Source: an uncultured Bacteroidota bacterium
Lineage (GTDB): Bacteria; Bacteroidota; Bacteroidia; Bacteroidales; SZUA-534
Assembly (NCBI GenBank): GCA_937900725.1
Contig: CALCFP010000400.1
Coordinates: 1-29,071, forward strand
Length of the DNA stretch: 29,071 nt
Direction: 5' to 3'
The position numbers and the translations under genes are program-made. Under the pieces are notes generated by a model, which worked only from the letters and a program-made list of their open reading frames with translations, searched no databases and was not told the DNA's origin. Shown here in pieces: positions 16,754-25,484 of the stretch (position 1 is its first letter; each line of letters opens with the position of its first letter).

Positions 16754-17672
16754 TGGGGTTAAGTGTTCTGCCTCGCTTCCCTGTGAAGAAATGCAAGTGT
16801 CCTAAAAAATTATAATAATTCAAGTCTTTCCCTTGAAATGATTTAATCCGGAATACATATCGCCCTATAAAGTACTTAAGTAGAAAGGAATAATTAACCT
16901 TAAATAAGTATGTTACACCAAGGAATTTTAAGTGATTGTACAAACGATTTCTTGTGCGGTAGTATTCACGAATTCCTTTTAAAGTATCATTGTCAAAAGT
17001 ACCTCCGTTTTGGTGTACAATGTACAAATCAGTAAAAATCTTGATTTGCTCATTGTTCGAAATCAATCGTCTAAAATATTCGTTTTCTTCTCCATACAAG
17101 AAATAATGAGTGTCCATCCAACCATTCCGTTTTACGACAATCGAGGGAATGTACATGAAGCAACCATGAATGTCAGTAACATTATATGACTCATGCAAAT
17201 CGTCCACGCCAACCAAACTTGCCAAAAGGCCTTCAGTAATGTCTTTTAAACTTTTTGGCACGGGATAGCCTAAATATTCAACTGCATATCCATTGTCTTT
17301 TTTATTAAAAATAGGAGCCCCTATTACAACTTCATTATTTGATGCAATTATGCAATTATGCAATTTTTCTAAATGTTTTTCCCCTAAGATTAAATCAGGA
17401 TTCAACAATAATATGCCATCCATATTTTGTCGTATCATCATTTCCACAGATAGTTGATGCGATGCCGCGAAACCATTGTTTTGCATATGAATGTACTCTA
17501 TTGCAAATTCCTTCCTTTTATAGTATCTAGATTCAGATGTTTTGCGTCCACCTGTTTCTATAACTAATATACGCCATCCATTCGGTAAGGAATTAATAAA
17601 TGTGTCAAGCAAGGCATCTACTTTATCCAAACTTCGCCAAGAAACGATTGATATGAGAATATTCAATTGCAT
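16734..17672 (-). CDS. Glycosyltransferase family 2-like
   Basis: NNGFA, LLLNPD, HGCFM, YFLYGEE and YYRTRNR. Confidence 0.8.
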   Translation of the reverse strand: MQLNILISIVSWRSLDKVDALLDTFINSLPNGWRILVIETGGRKTSESRYYKRKEFAIEYIHMQNNGFAASHQLSVEMMIRQNMDGILLLNPDLILGEKHLEKLHNCIIASNNEVVIGAPIFNKKDNGYAVEYLGYPVPKSLKDITEGLLASLVGVDDLHESYNVTDIHGCFMYIPSIVVKRNGWMDTHYFLYGEENEYFRRLISNNEQIKIFTDLYIVHQNGGTFDNDTLKGIREYYRTRNRLYNHLKFLGVTYLFKVNYSFLLKYFIGRYVFRIKSFQGKDLNYYNFLGHLHFFTGKRGRTLNPNDYVKE

Positions 17673-17696
17673 ATAGAATCCCTTCTGATGTTTGTG

Positions 17697-18635
17697 TCAA
17701 TGGTCATGAAATATTTGTTTTACCCAATAAACGGGTTTCAACAAAAGACTCCCTAATCGGAAGGCATGTGAATTGAGAACAGACATATATTTTTTGTAAT
17801 ATTCCAATAATGCGTTCCTTTGCCCCATTTCGTAGTCTACAATATATTGATAAGCTTTGTTCTTGTCAACTTTGTAGTATTCTTCAAATACATAGTACAT
17901 TTCATACAATCTAGATGATTTATAAGAATGGTCACTTCCAAATCCCACTCCAGATGCTGTTAATGATTCGGAATGTCCTATTCTATATTGTACGGTTTCT
18001 TTATCTAAAAAATAGAAATGTACATTGCTTTTTAACGCATTTATCCAACGTGGCAAATCTTCTAGCATAGGAATCCGTTCGTCATAACGAAGATTAATTT
18101 GACGTGTCTTCTGTTTATTATAAAATGAAGATGCTGCTGGGATACAATTGCCTTGAAATAATAAATGGTCTAACTGTTGTCCTTTTGATAGTTTGAAAAA
18201 GCTATAATCAAAAACTATGGAAAAGATGTTTTTCAAAGATTCATTACCACCATGTGTTTGAATTCGACCAAAAACATAAATGGCATCGGGGTTATCCGTT
18301 ACGTATTTTACATAGTCTTCAATGCAAGTTGGCAATAACAAGTCATCACCTGCTATTATTTTCACCCATTCTGCTTGGCAAGCATCTTCGGCACGATTAC
18401 AATTGGCAGAAACTCCTGTGTTTTGGGGTGCTTCTACTATTTGAATCCTTATAAATCTGCTTTCATTTTGTTCTACCCAATCTTTGCATAGTTGAACAGT
18501 ATTATCGGTGGAACAATCATCAGAAATTACCAATTCAATATTCTGATATGTTTGCGCTTTTGCACTTTCCAATGTCTCCAAAACATATTTTGAAGAATTG
18601 TAGGTTATAACAGCTATTGAAACTAAAGGATTCAT
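17697..18635 (-). CDS. Glycosyltransferase family 2
   Basis: [11 protein letters not shown]...[22 protein letters not shown] and LED. Confidence 0.93.
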   Translation of the reverse strand: MNPLVSIAVITYNSSKYVLETLESAKAQTYQNIELVISDDCSTDNTVQLCKDWVEQNESRFIRIQIVEAPQNTGVSANCNRAEDACQAEWVKIIAGDDLLLPTCIEDYVKYVTDNPDAIYVFGRIQTHGGNESLKNIFSIVFDYSFFKLSKGQQLDHLLFQGNCIPAASSFYNKQKTRQINLRYDERIPMLEDLPRWINALKSNVHFYFLDKETVQYRIGHSESLTASGVGFGSDHSYKSSRLYEMYYVFEEYYKVDKNKAYQYIVDYEMGQRNALLEYYKKYMSVLNSHAFRLGSLLLKPVYWVKQIFHDH

Positions 18636-19732
18636 TTAAACGAATTTATAAGACTAACCACTATGTTGCAATCTTCTTCACTCATCACAGGGCTAATTGG
18701 CAAACTTAATTCTTCTCTATGAATTAATTCTGTAATAGGATATGACTGCGCATTCCATTCTGTATAACACTGTTGCTTATGTGGAGGTATAGGATAATGT
18801 ATTATTGTTTGCACACCATTATTGGTTAAATACTGTTGTAATTCATTACGTCTTTTACAGCGAATAGGAAATAAATGGAACACGTGAGAGTTCATGTCTG
18901 CAACTTTTGGCAATATAACAATCGAATTTGTTATGTGTTCCAAATAATAAGAAGCTACCTTACGGCGTGCAGTATTGTCATCATCTAAATGGCGTAACTT
19001 CACTCGTAACACCGCGGCCTGTATTTCATCTAAACGGCTATTCCTCCCACAATAATCAAACACATATTTTTTTGAAGATCCATAATTTGCCAACGAACGA
19101 ATTGTTTTTGCTAACAACTCATCATTTGTCGTTACCGCACCTCCATCGCCCAAAGCACCAAGATTTTTCCCTGGGTAGAAACTGTGCCCAGCTGCATCAC
19201 CTAGTGAACCTGTATGTTTGTCGTTATAGTAACAGCCATGCGCTTGTGCATTATCCTCTATCAACTTCAAATTGTACTTTGTACAAAGTTCGCCAATTCG
19301 TTCTGTATATGCACATTGGCCATACAAGTGAACAATAAGTACAGCCTTGGTCTTTGGCGTAATATGCTGTTTCAATAAAGTGTCGTCTATTTGATAGGTA
19401 TTGAGATTCGGTTCTATCAATATTGGCTTTAACCCGTTTTCAGTAATAGCCAATATAGATGCAATATAAGTATTGGCAGGTACAAGTACTTCATCGCCTT
19501 TTCGTAAAACACCCATTTCAATATATGCACGGAAAATCCAAATGAGTGCATCTAGCCCATTGGCAACACCCACACAATGTGATATCCCTATATAGTGGGC
19601 ATATTCTGTTTCGAAGGCCTTGTTTTCTTGACCTTGCAAATACCAACCAGAGTCTATTACGTTAGATACTGCTTTGTGTATTTCTTCGGCATATTTTGTG
19701 GTTACCTTTTGTAAATCAAGAAATTTTATCAT
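18632..19732 (-). CDS. fdtB: DegT/DnrJ/EryC1/StrS aminotransferase (FdtB/QdtB-like)
   Basis: [38 protein letters not shown] (PLP lysine) and [10 protein letters not shown]; adjacent to fdtA-like genes. Confidence 0.88.
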   Translation of the reverse strand: MIKFLDLQKVTTKYAEEIHKAVSNVIDSGWYLQGQENKAFETEYAHYIGISHCVGVANGLDALIWIFRAYIEMGVLRKGDEVLVPANTYIASILAITENGLKPILIEPNLNTYQIDDTLLKQHITPKTKAVLIVHLYGQCAYTERIGELCTKYNLKLIEDNAQAHGCYYNDKHTGSLGDAAGHSFYPGKNLGALGDGGAVTTNDELLAKTIRSLANYGSSKKYVFDYCGRNSRLDEIQAAVLRVKLRHLDDDNTARRKVASYYLEHITNSIVILPKVADMNSHVFHLFPIRCKRRNELQQYLTNNGVQTIIHYPIPPHKQQCYTEWNAQSYPITELIHREELSLPISPVMSEEDCNIVVSLINSFK

Positions 19733-20184
19733 GGTTCTATTTTTCTAACAAATTTGGCTGGATTCCCCATCCATAATTCTCCTGCAGGAATGTTTTTCGT
19801 TACAACACTTCCGGCTCCAACCATTGCATATTCACCGATTTCAACTCCACATACAATAGTTGAGCCAGCACCAATGCTAGCCCCTTCCTTTATTGTTGTT
19901 TGTGCAAATGCTTTGGGATATTGTTTGGAACGAGGATACTTGTCATTTGTAAACGTGACATTTGGACCAATAAAGACATTGTCTTCAACACGGATTCCAT
20001 CCCATAATTGGACGCCACATTTTACCGTGACATTATTACCAATCACTACATCATTTTCAATAAAGCAGTGGCTGCATATATTTGTGTTTGTGCCAATTTG
20101 AGCTTTAGGCAAAACAACACAAAACTGCCATATATTGGTAGATTCTGGTATTAGAGTTTGACAATTTGACAATGGATGTATCAC
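19729..20184 (-). CDS. Hexapeptide N-acyltransferase (WxcM N-terminal-like; dTDP-3-amino sugar acyltransferase)
   Basis: [37 protein letters not shown] and GNPAK. Confidence 0.88.
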   Translation of the reverse strand: MIHPLSNCQTLIPESTNIWQFCVVLPKAQIGTNTNICSHCFIENDVVIGNNVTVKCGVQLWDGIRVEDNVFIGPNVTFTNDKYPRSKQYPKAFAQTTIKEGASIGAGSTIVCGVEIGEYAMVGAGSVVTKNIPAGELWMGNPAKFVRKIEP

Positions 20185-20594
20185 TTCTTTATATATAAAA
20201 AATCCTCGTAATTACGTATATAGTCATCTTCATCATATTTTTCTGATGCAAGAACCAAACATACTGAACCCGAAGAAAAATCCTCCAATTCACGCCAAAT
20301 GCCAGGAACAATCAAAATCCCTTGATAAGGTCTGTTTAAATGTACTGTTTTTTTTTCTATTCCGTCATCCAACACCACAGAAAAAGAACCACTTGCAGCA
20401 ACTAATAGCTGATATAGGTTTTTGTGTGCATGCCCACCTCTGCTTTCGCCACCAGGAACATCGTACAAATAATACACTCGTTTGGTTTCAAAAGGAATAT
20501 TTTTTTTGTTCTCAATAACCGTAATATTCCCTTTGATTTGATGACATTTGCCTAAATCAACCACCTTACAATCGTGCACTTTTGTATGTCTCAT
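20181..20594 (-). CDS. fdtA: FdtA/QdtA-family dTDP-sugar 3,4-ketoisomerase (cupin)
   Basis: KRVYYLYDVPGGESRGGHAHK, WREL..FSSGSVCLVLAS and YDEDDYIRNY. Confidence 0.88.
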   Translation of the reverse strand: MRHTKVHDCKVVDLGKCHQIKGNITVIENKKNIPFETKRVYYLYDVPGGESRGGHAHKNLYQLLVAASGSFSVVLDDGIEKKTVHLNRPYQGILIVPGIWRELEDFSSGSVCLVLASEKYDEDDYIRNYEDFLYIKK

Positions 20595-20992
20595 ATCACC
20601 GCAGATTTAAAGGTTTCGTAATCACGAATATAATCGGCTTCGTCATATTGGGTGGATGATAATACCAGCGCCAAAGAATTAGTAGAAAAATTATTCATTT
20701 CACGCCACATCATTTTAGGCACATATAGACCATAATATGAACGATTCAAATGAAATGTTTTCTTTTCTTTGCCATCATCCAACACTACATCAAAACTACC
20801 AGATAATGCAACTATAAATTCTTCGGAAGTTTTGTATGCATGTCCCCCACGATGCTCTCCTCCAGGCACATCGTATATCCAGAACGATCGTTCAATTCCG
20901 AATGGAATATGCTTGTATTCCTCTATGAAGGACAAATTTCCTCGTTTGTCTTCTACCTTCGGCAATTCTATTATTCTTGGATTATCCTTCAT
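20591..20992 (-). CDS. FdtA/QdtA-family cupin, variant copy (likely start ATG 20992)
   Basis: DKRGNLSFIE, YDVPGGEHRGGHAYK and YDEADYIRDY; the start overlaps the wzt 3' end. Confidence 0.85.
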   Translation of the reverse strand: MKDNPRIIELPKVEDKRGNLSFIEEYKHIPFGIERSFWIYDVPGGEHRGGHAYKTSEEFIVALSGSFDVVLDDGKEKKTFHLNRSYYGLYVPKMMWREMNNFSTNSLALVLSSTQYDEADYIRDYETFKSAVI

Positions 20993-22259
20993 ACACCACT
21001 TTAAAATCATTTTTAGGACGCAATACCCCAGGCATGACATTTTGATTAAAGCCCATGTCTGTTAATGTGTTCTCCACATCAAATTGTTGCTCAAAGCCAT
21101 TATACACAACATATTTTTGGTTTTCACCAAAAAATATTTCTGCCTTATATCTACCAGCATTTAATGTGTATGAACCAATAGTAAATTCTATTGTGTAAAT
21201 GCCTTTTTTAGAATCTTTTTCTCCTGCTTTGCCAATGAATTGACCGACTTGAAATACTGTTTGTCCATCCAATGTTTGTACGTTCAAATTAGTATCAAGC
21301 ATTGCTTCTGCTTTATAGCACATGAATGAAAGACGAAACATGATGCCAGATTCTATATCTATATGGCTTTGCCCATTCAAGGCTTTTATTTCAAACGATT
21401 TAATACGAATAACATCATTGCCTGGCGCTTGAGACAAATCTTCAAAATATTGGTTTGCTGAAGAACCGCTATCGCCCACATAATAATCCACCGCATCTTT
21501 CACATTGCCAGAATATATTATTGAACCATTATGCATTACCATACTCGTCTTGCACAAACTTTTCCCCGCCGCCATATTATGGCTCACAAACAGCACCGTC
21601 CTGCCTTCGCCACGGCTCACGTCCTGCATCTTGCCAATGGCTTTCTTTTGGAATTCGGCATCGCCAACGGCAAGCACCTCGTCAACAACGAGAATCTCAG
21701 GCTCGAGGTGCGCGGCTATTGAGAACCCGAGACGCACGGTCATACCGCTCGAGTAACGTTTCACGGGAGTGTCAAGGTAGCGCTCAATGCCTGCAAAGTC
21801 AACAATCTCATCGAGTTTGCGGGTTATCTCGGCACGAGTCATGCCCATTATGGAGCCGTTCATATAGATGTTTTCGCGACCGGTCATCTCGGCGTGGAAG
21901 CCGGTGCCAACCTCAAGCAGCGAGGCAATGCGTCCGCGGTATTTTATGGTGCCAGTGGTAGGCTTGGTAACTCGTGAAAGTATCTTCAGCAAAGTCGATT
22001 TTCCTGCACCGTTTTTGCCGATTATTCCAACCACGTCGCCTTGCTCTATCTCCATGTTAATGTCGCGCAGAGCCCATACGTAGTCGGAATTGCCTTTTGT
22101 CGAGCGGTCGTTAGTCTCGCCTATTTTCAGGTATGGGTCGTCCTTGCGTAGCACGTTCATGGTCCACCAGCGGTTGAGGTCGTGGCTCAACGTGCCAGTG
22201 CCGATTACGCCAAGCCGGTATTGCTTGCTCAGGTTCTCTATTTTGATGGCGGTTGTCAT
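20982..22259 (-). CDS. wzt: Polysaccharide ABC transporter ATP-binding subunit with C-terminal Wzt-C-like domain
   Basis: Walker A GKNGAGKST, YSSGM signature, ILVVDEVLAVGD, VSHN H-loop, and an extra C-terminal beta-rich region of about 170 aa. Confidence 0.93.
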   Translation of the reverse strand: MTTAIKIENLSKQYRLGVIGTGTLSHDLNRWWTMNVLRKDDPYLKIGETNDRSTKGNSDYVWALRDINMEIEQGDVVGIIGKNGAGKSTLLKILSRVTKPTTGTIKYRGRIASLLEVGTGFHAEMTGRENIYMNGSIMGMTRAEITRKLDEIVDFAGIERYLDTPVKRYSSGMTVRLGFSIAAHLEPEILVVDEVLAVGDAEFQKKAIGKMQDVSRGEGRTVLFVSHNMAAGKSLCKTSMVMHNGSIIYSGNVKDAVDYYVGDSGSSANQYFEDLSQAPGNDVIRIKSFEIKALNGQSHIDIESGIMFRLSFMCYKAEAMLDTNLNVQTLDGQTVFQVGQFIGKAGEKDSKKGIYTIEFTIGSYTLNAGRYKAEIFFGENQKYVVYNGFEQQFDVENTLTDMGFNQNVMPGVLRPKNDFKVVYEG

Positions 22260-22260
22260 G

Positions 22261-22295
22261 TTCCGAGTTGTTCGTCTTTGGTTTCTAGTTGTTAG
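22261..22295 (-). repeat. Degenerate heptamer array downstream of the four-helix-bundle gene
   Basis: Minus strand reads ctaacaa ctagaaa ccaaaga cgaacaa ctcggaa, spanning from the stop codon to just before the wzt ATG. Confidence 0.8.
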
Positions 22296-22654
22296 TCTTT
22301 TGATTCACGTATTCGTCTAGAGAATAAAGATATTTGTTTTTGAATATGATGAAGTTCATCTATTAATCGTTCATACTGTTCTTTGGAAAGATAGTCAAGA
22401 TTTTTGGCAATTTCTATTTGTGTTTCAACCTCAAAAGCCGACCCAAGTGATATTTCCAGAAATCTTAGGAAATCGTTTATGGATGTTCTTGAAGAACCTT
22501 CGGCAATGTTGGAAGGAATTGAAACGGCGGCTCTTTGAATTTGGCTTGTTAGTGCAAATTTCTCATCGCTTGGAAACATTGCAGTTGTTTCGTAAACGCG
22601 TTTTACGAGTTGCATCGAGTTTATCCAAATGTTCAATTTTCTAAAATCTTGCAT
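22292..22654 (-). CDS. Four helix bundle protein (23S rRNA IVS-encoded / bAvd-like family)
   Basis: FRKLNIW, FPSDEKFALTSQIQRAAVSIPSNIAEGSSR and FLEISLGSAFEVETQ. Confidence 0.95.
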   Translation of the reverse strand: MQDFRKLNIWINSMQLVKRVYETTAMFPSDEKFALTSQIQRAAVSIPSNIAEGSSRTSINDFLRFLEISLGSAFEVETQIEIAKNLDYLSKEQYERLIDELHHIQKQISLFSRRIRESKD

Positions 22655-22657
22655 ATG

Positions 22658-22706
22658 CCAAAAACTAAAAACCAGAAACTAGTAACTAGAAACCAACAGC
22701 CAACAT
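22658..22706 (+). repeat. Degenerate heptamer array upstream of the four-helix-bundle gene
   Basis: Plus strand reads ccaaaaa ctaaaaa ccagaaa ctagtaa ctagaaa ccaacag ccaacat (7 units), inverted relative to the downstream array. Confidence 0.88.
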
Positions 22707-22712
22707 CAAAAA

Positions 22713-23552
22713 TCACACCACATCCATGAAACTTTTTTCAATCTTGTTGAATATGATAACGCCCACAAAGAGCAGGACTGCCATGAATGCGAAACTGTAC
22801 GAAAGCCAGCACCACGAGAATACGCCTTGTCCGAGCGCGCCATATTTGAAAGTCTCTATGATTGAAGTCATCGGGTTGAGTTGCACTATCCATTGCTTGT
22901 CGGCGGAGATGCTGTTCAGCGGATAGATTACAGGAGTTATGTACATCCAAAGTTGCACGCCGAATTGTAGCAGGAAAGTAAGGTCGCGGTATTTGGTGGT
23001 CAGCGATGAGAACACAATGCCGAATCCCAGGCTTATGCCTGCAGTCATCAGGATGAGCAGGGGAAGCAGAAGCAGATGCCAGTTAGGTGCGATGCCTGCG
23101 CCACTGAAAATGTAGTAGAGATAGATGATCAGGTACAGCGCCAACTGAATCAGGAATTTGACAAGGTTTGATATGGTGATCGATATCGGCACAACCAGAC
23201 GCGGAAAATACACCTTCCCGAATACATTTTGGTTGTCGATGAATGTCTTTGAGTTGCGGTTTAGGCAATCGGCGAAATAGTTCCACAAGATTATCCCGCT
23301 GAAGTAGAACAATAGGCCAGGCACGCCGTCGGTGGAGATGCCCGCAAGGTTCCCGAACACAAACATGAACATCACCGTAGTGAGTATGGGCTGAATCACA
23401 AACCAAAGCGGTCCGAGAATGGTCTGCTTGTAGAAAGTGACAATGTCGCGCTTGGTGTACATGTAAATCAGGTCGCGGTATCGCCATAACTCCTTAAGGT
23501 CGATGTCGAGAAGGCTCGATTGCGGTTTTATGGTTGTATATTCCGATTCCAT
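22713..23552 (-). CDS. wzm: Polysaccharide ABC transporter permease (likely start ATG 23552)
   Basis: ELWRYRDL, YKQTILGPLW, KVYFPRL, KYRD, TPVIYP and LNPM; hydrophobic helices. Confidence 0.93.
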   Translation of the reverse strand: MESEYTTIKPQSSLLDIDLKELWRYRDLIYMYTKRDIVTFYKQTILGPLWFVIQPILTTVMFMFVFGNLAGISTDGVPGLLFYFSGIILWNYFADCLNRNSKTFIDNQNVFGKVYFPRLVVPISITISNLVKFLIQLALYLIIYLYYIFSGAGIAPNWHLLLLPLLILMTAGISLGFGIVFSSLTTKYRDLTFLLQFGVQLWMYITPVIYPLNSISADKQWIVQLNPMTSIIETFKYGALGQGVFSWCWLSYSFAFMAVLLFVGVIIFNKIEKSFMDVV

Positions 23553-23575
23553 CCTTTTGAAAACGTTTTTATGTG

Positions 23576-23583
23576 CAAAAATA
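23576..23583 (-). promoter_or_regulatory. Putative -7 promoter box of the wzm-wzt glycan operon
   Basis: Minus-strand TATTTTTG about 24 nt upstream of ATG 23552; argues against the longer start at 23639. Confidence 0.55.
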
Positions 23584-23662
23584 GCAAAGCCGTATCGTTT
23601 TGCCTCATTGTTGCTCGAATTATTGCTGATGTTCGTCAAACTTTAGCGCATTCATTGGGCGT

Positions 23663-23869
23663 TTAAGGTTTCTTTAGGTTGGCTTTAGGCAGGCTTAAGG
23701 CAGAGAGTGTGCTGTCGCCTTTAAGCCAGGCTTTTTTTGTCCCGATGCCTTGATGCCGATGAAGTTGTGCACCGCACCATTTTGTGCCTTCTACAAGTAC
23801 TGCGCCATTGCCTTGTAGTTCGCGGATTAATAGGCAGTCAACTAATCGTTTGTTGTAGTCTAGTTCCAT
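23663..23869 (-). pseudogene. N-terminal remnant of an AAA_14/DUF4143-type ATPase
   Basis: YNKRLVD..L...L...GAVLVEGTKWCG matches the family start GAVLIEGPKWCGKT, but similarity is lost inside Walker A. Confidence 0.65.
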
Positions 23870-24041
23870 ATTGCTCTTTTCTTTGTTGCAAAAAGAGGTG
23901 TTTTTGTTGAATTACAAATAAATATTGATTTCTATTCGGTAGTTTGTGGCAATTTCATTCGGTAGTTTGAGGATTTTGCTCATTTTTAATAATGGCGTTT
24001 TTTCTAAAGGGGTGTTCTATAAATTGTTTGTAGTGATTTTG

Positions 24042-24049
24042 TATTTTTG
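24042..24049 (+). promoter_or_regulatory. Putative -7 promoter box upstream of the U32 peptidase gene
   Basis: TATTTTTG(C) on the plus strand, about 150 nt before ATG 24199. Confidence 0.45.
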
Positions 24050-24198
24050 CCGGGCAATTGGATCTGAAACGGTAGTGGGCATTCCTGCGATTCGCTTTTG
24101 GGTTGTTGCACGTTCTGTAAGTCGCAGATAGTGATTTTTTTTGAACAACTATTTATAGAATTTTGACAGGAGTTTTTTACTCCATAAAAAGAAATGAT

Positions 24199-25476
24199 AT
24201 GCAAACCGTCTTTGGAAAGGAGATACGCCGTAGCGACATTGAGATAATGGCGCCTGTGGGCTCGTATGAGTCGTTGGCGGCGGCAATTCAGGCAGGGGCC
24301 AATTCCGTTTATTTCGGAATCGAGAATCTGAATATGCGCGCACATTCGGCTAATAATTTCACCATCGGCGATTTGCACAAGATTGTCGGAATCTGTAAGG
24401 AGCACGGGCTGAAATCATATCTTACGGTCAACACGGTGGTTTACGACAACGAATTGGAACTGATGCGTAAAATAGTGGATGCCGCGGCCGAGGCTCAACT
24501 GACAGCCATTATAGCCTCTGATTTGGCGGTTCTACAGTATGCCTTCAGCAAGGGCGTTGAGGTGCACGCATCAACACAACTTAACATATCCAACGTTGAG
24601 GCCGTCCGATTCTTCTCGCAGTTCTGCGATGTGGTTGTCACGGCGCGTGAGTTGAATCTTGACCAGGTGGCATCCATCGCCTGCGCCATTCGTGAGCAGA
24701 ACATACGCGGGCCAAAGGGCGATTATGTCCAGATAGAGGTCTTCGCCCACGGAGCCTTGTGTATGGCCATATCGGGCAAATGCTACCTGAGCCTTCACCA
24801 ATATGGACGTTCGGCCAATCGCGGGTCGTGTTTCCAGCCGTGCCGTCGCGGTTACGAGGTGACCGATTGCGAGAGTGGCCAGCAGTTGCAGATTGTGGAC
24901 AAGTACATAATGTCGCCAAAAGACCTGTGCACACTTCCGTTCATCGACCGTGTGCTTAAGGCAGGCGTCTCGGTGCTGAAGATCGAAGGCCGTGCCCGTG
25001 GTCCAGAGTACGTGAAGACAGTGGTCGATAGTTACAGCAAGGCCATTGATGCAGTTTGCGACGGCTCGTTCAGCCAGCAGACCATTGACGCTCTGACTGA
25101 GCGTCTGCGCACCGTCTTCAACCGCGGTTTTTGGGATGGATATTATCTTGGCCGAAAGTTGGGCGAGTGGAGCGGTGTCTATGGCTCAAAGGCAACCAAG
25201 CGCAAGGAGTTTGTCGGCAAATGCACCAACTATTTTGGCAAACTCAATGTGGCCGAGATAACGCTTGAAAGTGGCGAGTTGCATACAGGTGACCAGATAT
25301 TGATAATTGGCGAGACAACAGGCGTTTACGAGCATACAATCACTGAGATGCGTGTCGATTTGGAGCCAACCGATGTGGCAGTGAAAGGTCAGGCATTGTC
25401 CATTGCCACAACCGACCTTGTGCGTCGTGGCGACCGTGTCTACAAAATGGTTGACGTTAAAAGTTTAATGGAGTAG
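24199..25476 (+). CDS. Peptidase U32 family protein (TrhP/PrtC-like, probable Fe-S RNA hydroxylation protein)
   Basis: EIMAPVGS, EVHASTQ, EVFAHGALCMAISGKCYLS, NRGSCFQPCRR, MSPKDLC and LKIEGR. ATG 24199 preferred over the TTG at 24163. Confidence 0.92.
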   Translation: MQTVFGKEIRRSDIEIMAPVGSYESLAAAIQAGANSVYFGIENLNMRAHSANNFTIGDLHKIVGICKEHGLKSYLTVNTVVYDNELELMRKIVDAAAEAQLTAIIASDLAVLQYAFSKGVEVHASTQLNISNVEAVRFFSQFCDVVVTARELNLDQVASIACAIREQNIRGPKGDYVQIEVFAHGALCMAISGKCYLSLHQYGRSANRGSCFQPCRRGYEVTDCESGQQLQIVDKYIMSPKDLCTLPFIDRVLKAGVSVLKIEGRARGPEYVKTVVDSYSKAIDAVCDGSFSQQTIDALTERLRTVFNRGFWDGYYLGRKLGEWSGVYGSKATKRKEFVGKCTNYFGKLNVAEITLESGELHTGDQILIIGETTGVYEHTITEMRVDLEPTDVAVKGQALSIATTDLVRRGDRVYKMVDVKSLME

Positions 25477-25484
25477 GGCGGGGG

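Noticed and set aside
12708..20356. T8-T9 homopolymers in several glycan genes (e.g. 12708-12715, 14651-14658, 20348-20356)
   Set aside because: Expected in AT-rich, Lys-rich coding sequence; all frames are intact.
22292..22654. Diversity-generating retroelement, suggested by the Avd-like fold
   Set aside because: No reverse transcriptase and no TR/VR pair with adenine-specific mismatches seen in the window.
23553..23639. N-terminal extension of wzm in the ORF track (similarly 20993-21040, 13147-13167 and 24163-24198 for other genes)
   Set aside because: The extensions use non-ATG or overlapping starts and run through predicted promoter boxes, leader sequence or neighbouring genes; the downstream ATGs fit the family N-termini better.
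23553..24198. Invertible promoter or UpxY/ops-type control of the glycan locus
   Set aside because: I found no long inverted repeats flanking the -7 box, and no recombinase or NusG-like gene in the window.
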